A DNA stretch of 64,000 nt. Origin: a virus. Lineage: Duplodnaviria; Caudoviricetes. The stretch is from IMG/VR virus record IMGVR_UViG_3300035661_000005; one strand, given 5' to 3'. The notes under the pieces are model-generated. The model searched no databases. It had not been told where the DNA came from and worked only from the letters and a program-made list of their open reading frames with translations. Both the position numbers and the translations under genes were made by a program. This document shows, in pieces, positions 44,578-53,297 of the stretch (position 1 is the stretch's first letter; every line of letters starts with the position of its first letter).

Positions 44578-45567
44578 CTACGCGGCCATCAGGAGGGCCG
44601 TCTGGAGGGCTCGCGCGTTGACCCGGAGGGAGTCCCCGAACCAGAGGGAGTTGAGCCGGTTGTCCTCCGATGACCCCCGCTCGTGGGTCAGAAAATCCGT
44701 GGCAGCGTTGTAGAGGCCCCAGGCCGTGCCTCGCACGCCGGGGAGGTTGTTGCCCGCACCCTCCTCGAAGAGGCGGATGATCTTCGGCATGAGGCGCTCG
44801 CAGGAGTCCGTCTCCTCGGCGTTGGCGCCGCCCTCGATGACCTTCGGGTTGAAGACCCGGCGGACGAACTTCTCGATGTCGGCCTTGACGACGCCGCAGC
44901 GGGAGAGGGCACGGTACTGCTCGATCGTGGCGTTGAACTCGCCGGTGAGGTGCCCCATCGTCTCCTGGATGACCGCGAGGGCTTCCGTGGACTTCGCCGT
45001 GTGGCGGATGCGGAAGAGCTTCGAGCCGGCGTCCTTGTGCGCCATCGCGAGGGTGTTCGCGCACACGACCCTCGTGTTCGTCATGCCAGCCCGGATGGCC
45101 ATCGTTCCATCGTGCCCATTGGAGAGCAGGATGTAGCTGAGCACCGGGTCACCCGGAACGACATCAGCTTCCAGGCCCTTGATCTTGGCGAGCACCCAGA
45201 CGCGCCGCCCCTGGCGGAGGCTGCCGGCCGCTTCGAGGCTCGCGGCGCCCATGTCGAGGAACGGTTGAAACCAGTTGAACGCGTCGGCGTTCTGGAGGGG
45301 CTTGTAGGTCGGGCCGACCACGCCGAGGACCGAGCGGTCGGTCTCGCGCACCGTGGCGTAACCGGGGACCGGCAGATCCTCGCCGTCGTAGCTCATGTGG
45401 AGCGGCTGAAGCCGCACCTTCCAGTCGAGCCCGGCCGCCACGATCGCGTCCGGGATCGTCAGCTCGGTTCCCTCGGGGAACACCTTGCCGAGGCGGTGCC
45501 AGGCGGGCTCCCCGACGAAGAAAGCGTTGGCGGTCCCGTTGAGGTTCGTCTCGATTTCGTGGGCCAT
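44578..45567 (-). CDS. DUF932 family protein
   Basis: PAWHRLG, AAGLDWKV, LGVVG..Y.PLQN.DAF, AGSLRQGRRVW, NGHDGT, RVVCANTL, RHT, GTAWGLYNA. Confidence 0.88.
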   Translation of the reverse strand: MAHEIETNLNGTANAFFVGEPAWHRLGKVFPEGTELTIPDAIVAAGLDWKVRLQPLHMSYDGEDLPVPGYATVRETDRSVLGVVGPTYKPLQNADAFNWFQPFLDMGAASLEAAGSLRQGRRVWVLAKIKGLEADVVPGDPVLSYILLSNGHDGTMAIRAGMTNTRVVCANTLAMAHKDAGSKLFRIRHTAKSTEALAVIQETMGHLTGEFNATIEQYRALSRCGVVKADIEKFVRRVFNPKVIEGGANAEETDSCERLMPKIIRLFEEGAGNNLPGVRGTAWGLYNAATDFLTHERGSSEDNRLNSLWFGDSLRVNARALQTALLMAA

Positions 45568-45613
45568 GTTCGTGCTCCTCTGCTCTGATCTGGGTCCGTG
45601 TTCCTACGGTGTC

Positions 45614-45641
45614 TCTACACCGGGCTACCCTGAAGGATCAA
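45614..45641 (-). promoter_or_regulatory. TTGATC-N16-TGTAGA promoter
   Basis: Exact motif; leadered with AGAGGAG SD to the DUF932 gene. Confidence 0.8.
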
Positions 45642-45674
45642 CGGATTCGTACCGTTGTTATTCGCCGTGGTGCG

Positions 45675-45944
45675 TCACTCGAAGTCCGGCTCGTTGAAGT
45701 CGCAGGGATCGTCGTAGTCGCGGGGGTCGTTGTCGCCCGCGAAGTCCTCGTTCTCCCGCAGCTCCGAGGGCTGGCCGTCATCCATGTCCTCGTCCGTGTC
45801 CTCGTCCGTGTCGGACTCTTCGTCCTGGTTCACGGGGGCCACGCCGTCGACGTACGTGCAGCCGCAGAGCTGACAACGGGACTCGCCGGTCTCCTCGTTG
45901 AGGGTGACGTCCTTGGAATCGCAGGCGGGGCAGCGGGGGTCCAT
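45675..45944 (-). CDS. Zn-ribbon protein with highly acidic tail
   Basis: CPACDS...CQLCG then D/E-rich. Confidence 0.75.
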   Translation of the reverse strand: MDPRCPACDSKDVTLNEETGESRCQLCGCTYVDGVAPVNQDEESDTDEDTDEDMDDGQPSELRENEDFAGDNDPRDYDDPCDFNEPDFE

Positions 45945-46001
45945 GCCCTACGTACCGGCCAGCCATTCTCAGATCAACCGAAACCTGAAGATTCGTTCTC
46001 G

Positions 46002-46029
46002 TTGATCATCCCGGATCTCGATTTGTAGG
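46002..46029 (+). promoter_or_regulatory. TTGATC-N16-TGTAGG promoter, ATG 6 nt downstream
   Basis: Exact motif. Confidence 0.75.
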
Positions 46030-46035
46030 GGGAGC

Positions 46036-46269
46036 ATGGCCCTATCCTGCATCTACTGCGAATGCGGCTGCCAAGGGCACGGTTGCGAACTGGCGCCAGG
46101 CATCAGCTTCTGGATCTACGCCGACGGCCGGGGGCGGTTCACGCTGCACCGAGGCCACAGGTACAACCTGCCCAAAAGCAACGACTTCAAGACCTTCGAG
46201 ATGCGAGGACCGGACGCGACCAGACCTACTGCGGGCACTGGAAACGTTCGGTTCTCGCATCTGAGATGA
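46036..46269 (+). CDS. Small Cys-rich protein
   Basis: CIYCECGC.GHGC; leaderless promoter. Confidence 0.6.
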   Translation: MALSCIYCECGCQGHGCELAPGISFWIYADGRGRFTLHRGHRYNLPKSNDFKTFEMRGPDATRPTAGTGNVRFSHLR

Positions 46270-46390
46270 CCTCCGTGGTGATCGTCATTGAGTCCGGTGT
46301 GGGTGGGGTACGGGGAAGCCGAAATCCGGTGGGTCGCCCACTACCGAGCCCTCGTGGGGAAACGCCTGACGAATCTCACGGAGGGTCATC
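46205..46390 (+). pseudogene. Degenerate GIY-YIG endonuclease fragment
   Basis: RDQTYCGHWKRSVLASEMTSVVIVIE then, frameshifted, GEAEIRWVAHYRALVGKRLTNLTEG; aligns by eye with 33937-34581. Confidence 0.55.
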
Positions 46391-46411
46391 CAGGTGGTGT
46401 AGACCCCGACC

Positions 46412-46978
46412 ATGAAACTGACTAAGCAGATCGACATCGCGGAGGGGCTAGCGCGGGCATGGATGCCCAGCTTCCGCCAAGTCCCTCCAGGGCAGCCTCC
46501 ACGTCCCGCCTGGGAGCATCCAGCGGACCTGGTGCGCCTCCTCTCCGAGCGACGGGGGGACTACTCCGAGGCGGAGCAGCTGATGGCCGTGGCGATGGCC
46601 TGGACGCACGACCTCATCGAGGACGGCGTCAAGCCCGATGGGTCCCGCGTCACGGCGGGCGACCTCCGGGCTCACCCTTTCGACGTCCGGATCATCCAGG
46701 GAGTCATCCAGCTGACGAACCCACACGGCGTCTCGAAGACCCGCTACTACGAGACGCTCAAGAACATTGACTACCTCGCGAAGCTCGTGAAGTGCGTAGA
46801 CCACATCTGCAACCTCCGGGAAGGGAAGGACATCTTCGAGCCCGCCAGGTGGAAGCAGTACGTCGAGGAGACCCGCACGTACATCCGACCGCTGGCTCAG
46901 ACGCTCCGGGACGAGACGCGGGACTGGCTCTGGCTGGAGATGGATCGGGCCATGGCAGCCCGCCCGGTGAACGCATGA
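46412..46978 (+). CDS. HD-domain protein, (p)ppGpp-hydrolase/Mesh1-like
   Basis: EHP..LV, AWTHDLIED, F...I...VIQLT, LVKCVDHICNL. Confidence 0.75.
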   Translation: MKLTKQIDIAEGLARAWMPSFRQVPPGQPPRPAWEHPADLVRLLSERRGDYSEAEQLMAVAMAWTHDLIEDGVKPDGSRVTAGDLRAHPFDVRIIQGVIQLTNPHGVSKTRYYETLKNIDYLAKLVKCVDHICNLREGKDIFEPARWKQYVEETRTYIRPLAQTLRDETRDWLWLEMDRAMAARPVNA

Positions 46979-48660
46979 GACGCGCAAGCATCATCCTCGG
47001 CATCCTGCTCCTCGGCCTGGGTGTGGCGATCCTGCCCCTCTACCTGAGGGCCAAGGTGCGCTCGAAGCTCCCGCAAGGGGTGACCGCCAGCGAGATCAGC
47101 CTCGGTGTCTCCGGGGTCACCCTCAAGGGGATCACCGTCGACAAGGGCTGGATCAAAGGCGCCGTCGCCGAGATGTGGATCAGCCGGGACGAGCATACGA
47201 TCCGCGTCACCGGGGGAGACCTGGTCGTCGACCTCGACAAGCGCCCCAAGGAGGGCGCGGAGGACGCCAAGAAGCGCGACGTGAAGGCTTCCGGGCTCAA
47301 CGTCTATGTGAACCGGGGGAGGGGCTACGCCACCCTCAAGAACGTCACGTGGGACGGCGTACCCTACGTCTCCTTCGACTCGGCGGACTTCGGCTATGCG
47401 TACGGAACGACCCTCGTGAAGGGGACCGTGACCAAGGGATACGCGGGGAAGGAAGGCTCCTACATCGTCCGGGCGGACAAGGTGACGGCACACCTCGACG
47501 GGGATCTCCCCGGACCCGCGAAGAAGCTCGACATTCGAGACGTAGAGGTCGAGGGCCTGGACACGATCTACGGCGAGGACCAGTGGACCTTCAACGCGTC
47601 CAAGGTGACGGCGGGGCCGTTCGTAGCAACGACCATCCGGGCCACGGATGACGACGTCGGCCTGAACGCGACCGTAGAGGGCGTCCGCCTGGACTTCCCG
47701 TGGCTCGACGTGAAGCCTGCGACGTTCCCGAAGGCCACCCTTTGGGCGAACCTCTGGCCGAAGCGCCCATTCGAGAAGCCGTCCGGGTTCGTCACGCTCT
47801 CCAAGGGGACGACCTCGGCCACGATCAACTTCAACCTCGACGACCAGCGGCTCGAAGGGGCTGCCTCCTGCGCCGAATGGGCAAGCGTGCTTCCGGACAC
47901 GACGCCGGACGTGCTCAAAAACCTCCGCTTCACGGGGGACCTGGCCTTCTCGGTGTCCGTGAAGCCCACGCCGCACTTCGGGCTCGACGCCCGATGTAAG
48001 GCCGTGTGCGCCAGCCTTCCGAACCTGCGGAGGCAGTTCACGTACACGGCGTATCGGGCCGATGGCACCCCCTTCCAGCGGCTCTCCGGACCGAACCTGA
48101 CCGGGTGGCTCTATTATGACTTTGCGGGCCGGATGCCGATGGCGGTCATCAACATGGAGGACTCGGCGTTCCCCTACCACAAGGGCTACCTCACCGAGGC
48201 GTTCCAGAATTCCCTCGTCGACAATCTCGCGAAGGGCAAGTTTGCCCGCGGTGGTTCGACCATCACGCAGCAGACGGCCAAGAACCTCTGGCTTGGCCGC
48301 CAGAAGACCATTCTTCGGAAGGTCGACGAGCTGTTCCTCGCGCAAGCGCTCGAAAGCTGCCTGACGAAGGATCAGATCCTGGAGACCTACCTCAACATCG
48401 TCGAATTCGGCCCGGACATCTACGGGGTCCAGGAGGGTGCCCGGCATTGGTTCGGCAAGTCACCGGACGCCCTGGAGCCGAACGAGGCCTTCTGGCTCGC
48501 GAGCATCCTCCCGGCGCCGAAGCGGGCCACGGCACCGACTGACGAGGATCTGAAGCGGGTCGGGCGGATCATGGCTTCCCTGGCGGCACAGGGGAAGATC
48601 CCGGACTTCGGCACGGATATCGACGTGTCGGACGTTCCCGAGTGGGAAGCCCCCCACTGA
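46975..48660 (+). CDS. Membrane-anchored GT51 peptidoglycan transglycosylase (MtgA-like, no transpeptidase)
   Basis: N-terminal TM helix; GT51 motifs EDSAFPYHKG, RGGSTITQQTAKNL, RKVDE, KDQILETYLN, FGK. Confidence 0.9.
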   Translation: MRRASIILGILLLGLGVAILPLYLRAKVRSKLPQGVTASEISLGVSGVTLKGITVDKGWIKGAVAEMWISRDEHTIRVTGGDLVVDLDKRPKEGAEDAKKRDVKASGLNVYVNRGRGYATLKNVTWDGVPYVSFDSADFGYAYGTTLVKGTVTKGYAGKEGSYIVRADKVTAHLDGDLPGPAKKLDIRDVEVEGLDTIYGEDQWTFNASKVTAGPFVATTIRATDDDVGLNATVEGVRLDFPWLDVKPATFPKATLWANLWPKRPFEKPSGFVTLSKGTTSATINFNLDDQRLEGAASCAEWASVLPDTTPDVLKNLRFTGDLAFSVSVKPTPHFGLDARCKAVCASLPNLRRQFTYTAYRADGTPFQRLSGPNLTGWLYYDFAGRMPMAVINMEDSAFPYHKGYLTEAFQNSLVDNLAKGKFARGGSTITQQTAKNLWLGRQKTILRKVDELFLAQALESCLTKDQILETYLNIVEFGPDIYGVQEGARHWFGKSPDALEPNEAFWLASILPAPKRATAPTDEDLKRVGRIMASLAAQGKIPDFGTDIDVSDVPEWEAPH

Positions 48661-48675
48661 ACTAGTGGGGAAGTC

Positions 48676-48960
48676 ATGCCCACGGAACCGAAGCTCACAG
48701 ACGAAGAGGCCCAGGCGATGTTGGCGCGGCTGCCAGCTCACGGGCTGGTTCCCCGAGCCAGAGGACGGCGGCAAGCCGCTTCCGGGCGTCCAGGCGGTCA
48801 GGCTCATGCCTGCTGGAGAGGGTGAGACGACCATGGTCCGGGACGTGGACGGGGCGCCGTACAAGCGCGATGGTTGGTTCGCAACTACGACCGCGAGACG
48901 ACGTGCAGCGGAGCTTTGTCGAAAATCCGGCAGCGCAGCGAGATCAAGGACGGAGGCCAC
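48676..48960 (+). pseudogene. Doubly frameshifted small gene
   Basis: Coding-like segments in three successive frames (MPTEPKL.../QLTGWFPEP.../VRNYDRETTC...). Confidence 0.4.
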
Positions 48961-49311
48961 ATGAGCGAAGACTACGAATCGGACATCATCGTCACCGGGA
49001 GACACCTGCCATTCGTGCAGGTCGGCATGATCGTGCATCCAGACGACTGCCTGAACTGCGAACGAGACGGCAGTCCTCTGTGGTGCTCTGCGCTGGTCTG
49101 CGACATTCACGACGACGAGACTGCTGGGTCCGGCATGACGGCGACGCTGCTCTTTCGCAACGGCGAACGCCGCGAGGAGCCGTGCATCGAGTTGCGGCGG
49201 ATCTGGCGCCTGGCGCGCGATTTCGACCAGACCCGAGTCTACACCGGGCGATGGGGAGCTATCCCGCGGGGGTCGGTCTGGCCAGTGGCGGAAGTCAACG
49301 AGGACGCATGA
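48961..49311 (+). CDS. Hypothetical protein
   Basis: GGAGG SD before ATG 48961. Confidence 0.65.
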   Translation: MSEDYESDIIVTGRHLPFVQVGMIVHPDDCLNCERDGSPLWCSALVCDIHDDETAGSGMTATLLFRNGERREEPCIELRRIWRLARDFDQTRVYTGRWGAIPRGSVWPVAEVNEDA

Positions 49312-49426
49312 GTTCAGGCGGGGCAGGCGGGGATCCCCGATCGAGATTTCGACTACGTGCTCAACAACGTGCCCACGTTTGGAAGATCTCCGAAGGCTCG
49401 CGCTGGTCTTGGTGTAAGAGGAAACC

Positions 49427-49639
49427 ATGGCGAACGAACCGACTCAGGAAGTGGGGCCCAAGAAGCGGCGTGGTTTCGCGGCGATGTCTGCGGAGAAGCA
49501 GAGGGAGATCGCGAGTCGCGGCGGGAAGGCTGCCCACGCGAAGGGCACGGCGCACGTGTTCGATTCCGAAGAGGCCAGGGAGGCCGGTCGGAAGGGCGGC
49601 GTGGCGGCGCAGAAGGCCCGAGCCTCCAAGCCTACGTGA
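49427..49639 (+). CDS. KGG-motif general stress protein
   Basis: RRGFAAMSAEKQREIASRGGKAAH...EEAREAGRKGG. Confidence 0.93.
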   Translation: MANEPTQEVGPKKRRGFAAMSAEKQREIASRGGKAAHAKGTAHVFDSEEAREAGRKGGVAAQKARASKPT

Positions 49640-49664
49640 AGGCTTCTATCACAGCCGGGTAGGT

Positions 49665-50588
49665 ATGACCCTACTCGGCTGTGACGTCTCCAAATGGCAG
49701 GGCGTGGTCGACTACAAGGCCGTCGCGGCTGCCGGTGTGAAGTTTTGCTTCGCGAAGGCCGTCCACGGCACGACGCTCGACCCCCGGTTCGTCCTCAACT
49801 GGACGAACATGAACGGGGTGCTCTACCGCGGCGCGTACGGGTGGTACATCCCTGAGCAGGACGCCACGGAGCAGGCGGACGCCCTCGTGGACGCTATGCG
49901 GGATTTCTCGATGAACGACTTGCCCCCGGCGGTCGACTTCGAGCAGCCGACCAAGGTCCCCGCAGCGACGCTCCTGGCCAACATCACGACCTACGTGAAG
50001 CGGCTGCGTGAGCGAACGGGCCGCAAGCCCTTGCTTTATACGGGCAAGTGGTACTGGGCGGAATACGTCAAGGACTCCGACTGCCCGGAGCTGATCCAGC
50101 TCTGCGACCTGTGGCACGCGGAGTATCCGAACACGGGCCGGACGGGGGTCGACTACGAGGGTGCTCTGAGCGCCCTGGGGTCTCCGCACCCGCCGTCGCC
50201 ATGGGCCAAGCGGGGCATCGCGCCGAGGCTCTGGCAGTTCGACGGGGACAAGGGGCTGACCCTCCCCGGAGGCCAGGACGCCGACTTCAACCGCTTCGAC
50301 GGGAGCGACGAGGAGTTCGCCGCGTGGAATGCAGCCTCGATCCTCGTGGAGGGTTCGGCGACCGTCATCGTGGCGCCCCCGTTCAATTCGATCCGCGAGG
50401 TCCAGATCGAGCTGCTTGCCCTCGGCTACGACCTGGGCATCTCGGGCGCGGACAACCTGATCGGGCCGAAGACCACGACGGCGATCAAGGCGTTCCAGAC
50501 GGCCGCAGGGCTGACCTCGACCGGCATCGTGGGACCGGATACGAGGGCAGCCCTGCAGGCAGCGTGGCTACGGCAGAACGGGGGCTAG
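49665..50588 (+). CDS. GH25 muramidase (endolysin) with C-terminal peptidoglycan-binding domain
   Basis: GCDVSKWQG, FAKA, RGAY, PPAVDFE, LWQF; VREVQ..L..LGY...ADNLIGPKT..AIKAFQ...GL..TGIVGPDT. Confidence 0.93.
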   Translation: MTLLGCDVSKWQGVVDYKAVAAAGVKFCFAKAVHGTTLDPRFVLNWTNMNGVLYRGAYGWYIPEQDATEQADALVDAMRDFSMNDLPPAVDFEQPTKVPAATLLANITTYVKRLRERTGRKPLLYTGKWYWAEYVKDSDCPELIQLCDLWHAEYPNTGRTGVDYEGALSALGSPHPPSPWAKRGIAPRLWQFDGDKGLTLPGGQDADFNRFDGSDEEFAAWNAASILVEGSATVIVAPPFNSIREVQIELLALGYDLGISGADNLIGPKTTTAIKAFQTAAGLTSTGIVGPDTRAALQAAWLRQNGG

Positions 50589-50944
50589 GAGGCCTTCTTG
50601 GGCTCCGCGGCGGGTTCCGGAGCCACCACGGAGGCGACAGCAGGCTCGGGGGCAGGCTCCGGAGCCTTCTCGGGTTCCGGAGTGGCTGCCTTGGCCTTCT
50701 TCCCGCTCTTGGACTCCGGGGCCTTGACCAGCTCGGGGAGCTTCTCCGGGGCCTTGGGGGCCAGGGTCGGCTTGCCGGCGTTCGCGATCAGGTGGAGCAC
50801 ATGTTCCGGCGAATTCGCCGCCACGCCGTCCGGAGGCGCACCCCCACCGAGCTGCTTCACGTAGTCCTCTGCGTAGGCCAGCGAGAAGCCGTGGGTCTGG
50901 GCTGCTAGGACGCGCTTCCTAAGTGCTTCGAGGTCGAGATCCAT
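50585..50944 (-). CDS. Small protein with Pro/Ala/Lys/Glu-rich tail
   Basis: Codon bias. Confidence 0.75.
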   Translation of the reverse strand: MDLDLEALRKRVLAAQTHGFSLAYAEDYVKQLGGGAPPDGVAANSPEHVLHLIANAGKPTLAPKAPEKLPELVKAPESKSGKKAKAATPEPEKAPEPAPEPAVASVVAPEPAAEPKKAS

Positions 50945-50996
50945 GCTTTCACCGGGGTTGAGGGGTTCTACTCACCTCGGGGGCATAAGAGGAAAC

Positions 50997-51698
50997 CTAC
51001 TTCTTCACGGCGAGCACAGGGCTCTGCGGCGCGGTCACGACGACCGGAACCGGGGTGGGCGGGAAGAGGGTCGCGTAGATCGTGTCATCGAACGTGGGCT
51101 TGTTGTTCGAGTACCACTTCACCGCGAAGTTCATCCGGTTGGCCGAGGCATTACCCCCGCCGTCGCAGTTCCCGCTCGTGTAGACCCGGAGCCAGTCCTT
51201 CTGAGAGAGGCCCTTGGCCGAGCAGGTCGCGATCGACCAGCGGAGGAGACGGACACCGGCCCGGATGCACTTCTTCCGATCTGCGTAGATCTCCTGGGCG
51301 TTCCAGCCATCGACCACGTCGGCCTTCGGGTCCGAGTCGTACGCCGGACGATCGAGGACCGTGTTCCAGCGGGACGTGCGACCGCCGCCGATGTTGAGCT
51401 GCATGAGGCAGACGGAGTTGCCGTTGTCGCCCCTCGACGCCGGGCCTTTGCCCAGATCGATGTCCTTACGGAAACCAGCCTCGAAGTGCATGATGCTCTG
51501 GACGAGGATCATCGACTTCAGCTTGCCGTCGCTCCCGTTGAACATCGACTTCTCGGTCTTGAAGACCTCGACGATGTCGTCCGCGATCGACTCGTAGCGC
51601 GCCTCGGCTTCGGGCCTCGTCTCCGGCATGAAGGACGGCCGACCGGGGGGCGCGTAGGTGACCATGAACGACATGAGCCAGGTGGTGAGCGCATTCAC
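50997..51698 (-). CDS. Secreted lysozyme/SLT-like transglycosylase
   Basis: Hydrophobic N-terminus; HFEAGFR...GD.G.SVCLMQ resembles the SLT catalytic E and GLMQ motif. Confidence 0.6.
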   Translation of the reverse strand: MNALTTWLMSFMVTYAPPGRPSFMPETRPEAEARYESIADDIVEVFKTEKSMFNGSDGKLKSMILVQSIMHFEAGFRKDIDLGKGPASRGDNGNSVCLMQLNIGGGRTSRWNTVLDRPAYDSDPKADVVDGWNAQEIYADRKKCIRAGVRLLRWSIATCSAKGLSQKDWLRVYTSGNCDGGGNASANRMNFAVKWYSNNKPTFDDTIYATLFPPTPVPVVVTAPQSPVLAVKK

Positions 51699-51749
51699 GT
51701 TGAAAACCTCCGAGATGACGATTCCAAGCTAAGGGGTCGATGTAAGTAT

Positions 51750-51772
51750 GAGGCCGAACAATAGTCGGCCTC
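51750..51772. terminator. Hairpin, probable terminator
   Basis: GAGGCCGA/TCGGCCTC 8-bp stem in intergenic DNA. Confidence 0.5.
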
Positions 51773-51833
51773 TTGAGAATGGCAACCCAAGACTACAATC
51801 TGAATCCGCCGATCTAGAATCTGAGGTGCGTCT

Positions 51834-52358
51834 CTACGGACACACTTCCTGGAAGGACCAGATTCTGAGATCGCTCGTGAGCGCGGCTTTTTCTTCGCCC
51901 GTCGGTGCCCTTGGCACGGAAAGCTCCGACCCCGTGATGATCAGAGTGTTCCTCTTGTGCGGCATGTGAACGAGCAACTCACGGTGAGTCATGACGTGAA
52001 AGAGCGCTGCGGATCCGCAGGCCGTGCCATCCGTGTTGCACCCGAGGTAGATCAGCGTCTTGGCCGCTCGCGCGTGGTTTATCACCGCGAGGTCCGGAAC
52101 GTTGACAGGCCACGAGAGGAAGAGGGTGTCGACCCCGAGCGGGATGTCTCGGAAGTACCCGCGTTGGAAGGTCAACCCCGGGATGGGTGGAGGACGCCCC
52201 CAGTCCTCCTTGTCGATCGCGAGGACGCTCTTGGCGCCCAGGGCCATCAGCTGAACGGACAGAGAGAAGTCCCCGCACCCGAAGTCATGGGCGTCCCTGC
52301 CCTCGATGTAGGGGCGGAGTGCTTTGAGCTGCTCGGGGAAGAGGTGGCCGTAGGGCAT
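51834..52358 (-). CDS. Class I SAM-dependent methyltransferase-like protein
   Basis: AHDFGCGD motif I, VLAIDK motif II. Confidence 0.7.
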   Translation of the reverse strand: MPYGHLFPEQLKALRPYIEGRDAHDFGCGDFSLSVQLMALGAKSVLAIDKEDWGRPPPIPGLTFQRGYFRDIPLGVDTLFLSWPVNVPDLAVINHARAAKTLIYLGCNTDGTACGSAALFHVMTHRELLVHMPHKRNTLIITGSELSVPRAPTGEEKAALTSDLRIWSFQEVCP

Positions 52359-52528
52359 CAGCAGTCGACGCCAGCCTTGCGCACGGGCTCCGGCTGGTAG
52401 AAATCGGCGAGCTGGTCGACGGTCTGGCTCAGGAGCCATTCGCGGATGGCACGGAGCAGCTGATCGGCGAATTCGATGGCCAGCCCATCCAGGGCGTTCT
52501 TCAGACTCTGCTTCTTCGGCATGCGCAT
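52358..52528 (-). CDS. 56-aa hypothetical protein
   Basis: Translated manually (MRMPKKQSLKNALDG...); CGGTGTAAG upstream; coupled stop/start. Confidence 0.6.
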   Translation of the reverse strand: MRMPKKQSLKNALDGLAIEFADQLLRAIREWLLSQTVDQLADFYQPEPVRKAGVDC

Positions 52529-52550
52529 CGCTTACACCGAAGGGACGGCT

Positions 52551-53126
52551 CTAGGCCACGCCATCACACGCTCGAACCAGGAAGATCATCGCAACGATGA
52601 TCACAATCGCGATGAAGCCCGTCCGGAGCATGAGGATCTGAATCGACTGGCTCACGGGAGGACTCGCACGCGGCTCTTCGAGGGGATACTCGGGAGCACC
52701 TTGAGGGGGGATTGGGTGCCGCTTGTGGATCGCGACTTCGTATTCGACCACCTTGTCGTGGCGGCGCTTGTCGAAGATGCACACCTGCCCGAGGGCGATC
52801 TCGTTCGGCTTCGGCCATACGAGGGGGTGGCCCAACGGCGAAAGCCTGCCGTGGAGGGCGAGCGTCTCCTCATCGAAGGCGCGCTCAACCTTGGGTCGGT
52901 AGTCCAGCAGCCGCTCCGCGAATGCCTGCGCCGCTTCGAGCGTCGGAAATTGGATGGGTCGCCCGGTCAGGCTGACCTGACTCGACGCATCCCATGCGTC
53001 GAGTTGGAACAGATCCGGCGCCTTCTCCGTGATCACGCAGCTGGCTTCGTCCGTCCGAGCGTATAGCGTCCGTACGGGGTCCTTTTGCCTCTTGGGGGCG
53101 ACGCTGCGCAGCGACCATGTGAGCAT
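52551..53126 (-). CDS. Hypothetical protein with C-terminal TM anchor
   Basis: GFIAIVIIVAMIFLV; CGGTGTAGA upstream. Confidence 0.7.
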   Translation of the reverse strand: MLTWSLRSVAPKRQKDPVRTLYARTDEASCVITEKAPDLFQLDAWDASSQVSLTGRPIQFPTLEAAQAFAERLLDYRPKVERAFDEETLALHGRLSPLGHPLVWPKPNEIALGQVCIFDKRRHDKVVEYEVAIHKRHPIPPQGAPEYPLEEPRASPPVSQSIQILMLRTGFIAIVIIVAMIFLVRACDGVA

Positions 53127-53297
53127 CCTCACCTCTCTACACCGCGGCTTCGAGATCCGCGACCTCGAAAGGCACATCTCCGTTCTCGTCGATGATCCGC
53201 TGGGCGTTCGCGATCCATTTGAGACGCTGGGAGATGTCGTGTTCGCTGCGTTCGATGTCCGCTTGAGCGATCTTGCGAAATCTCACCTGCTTACCGC

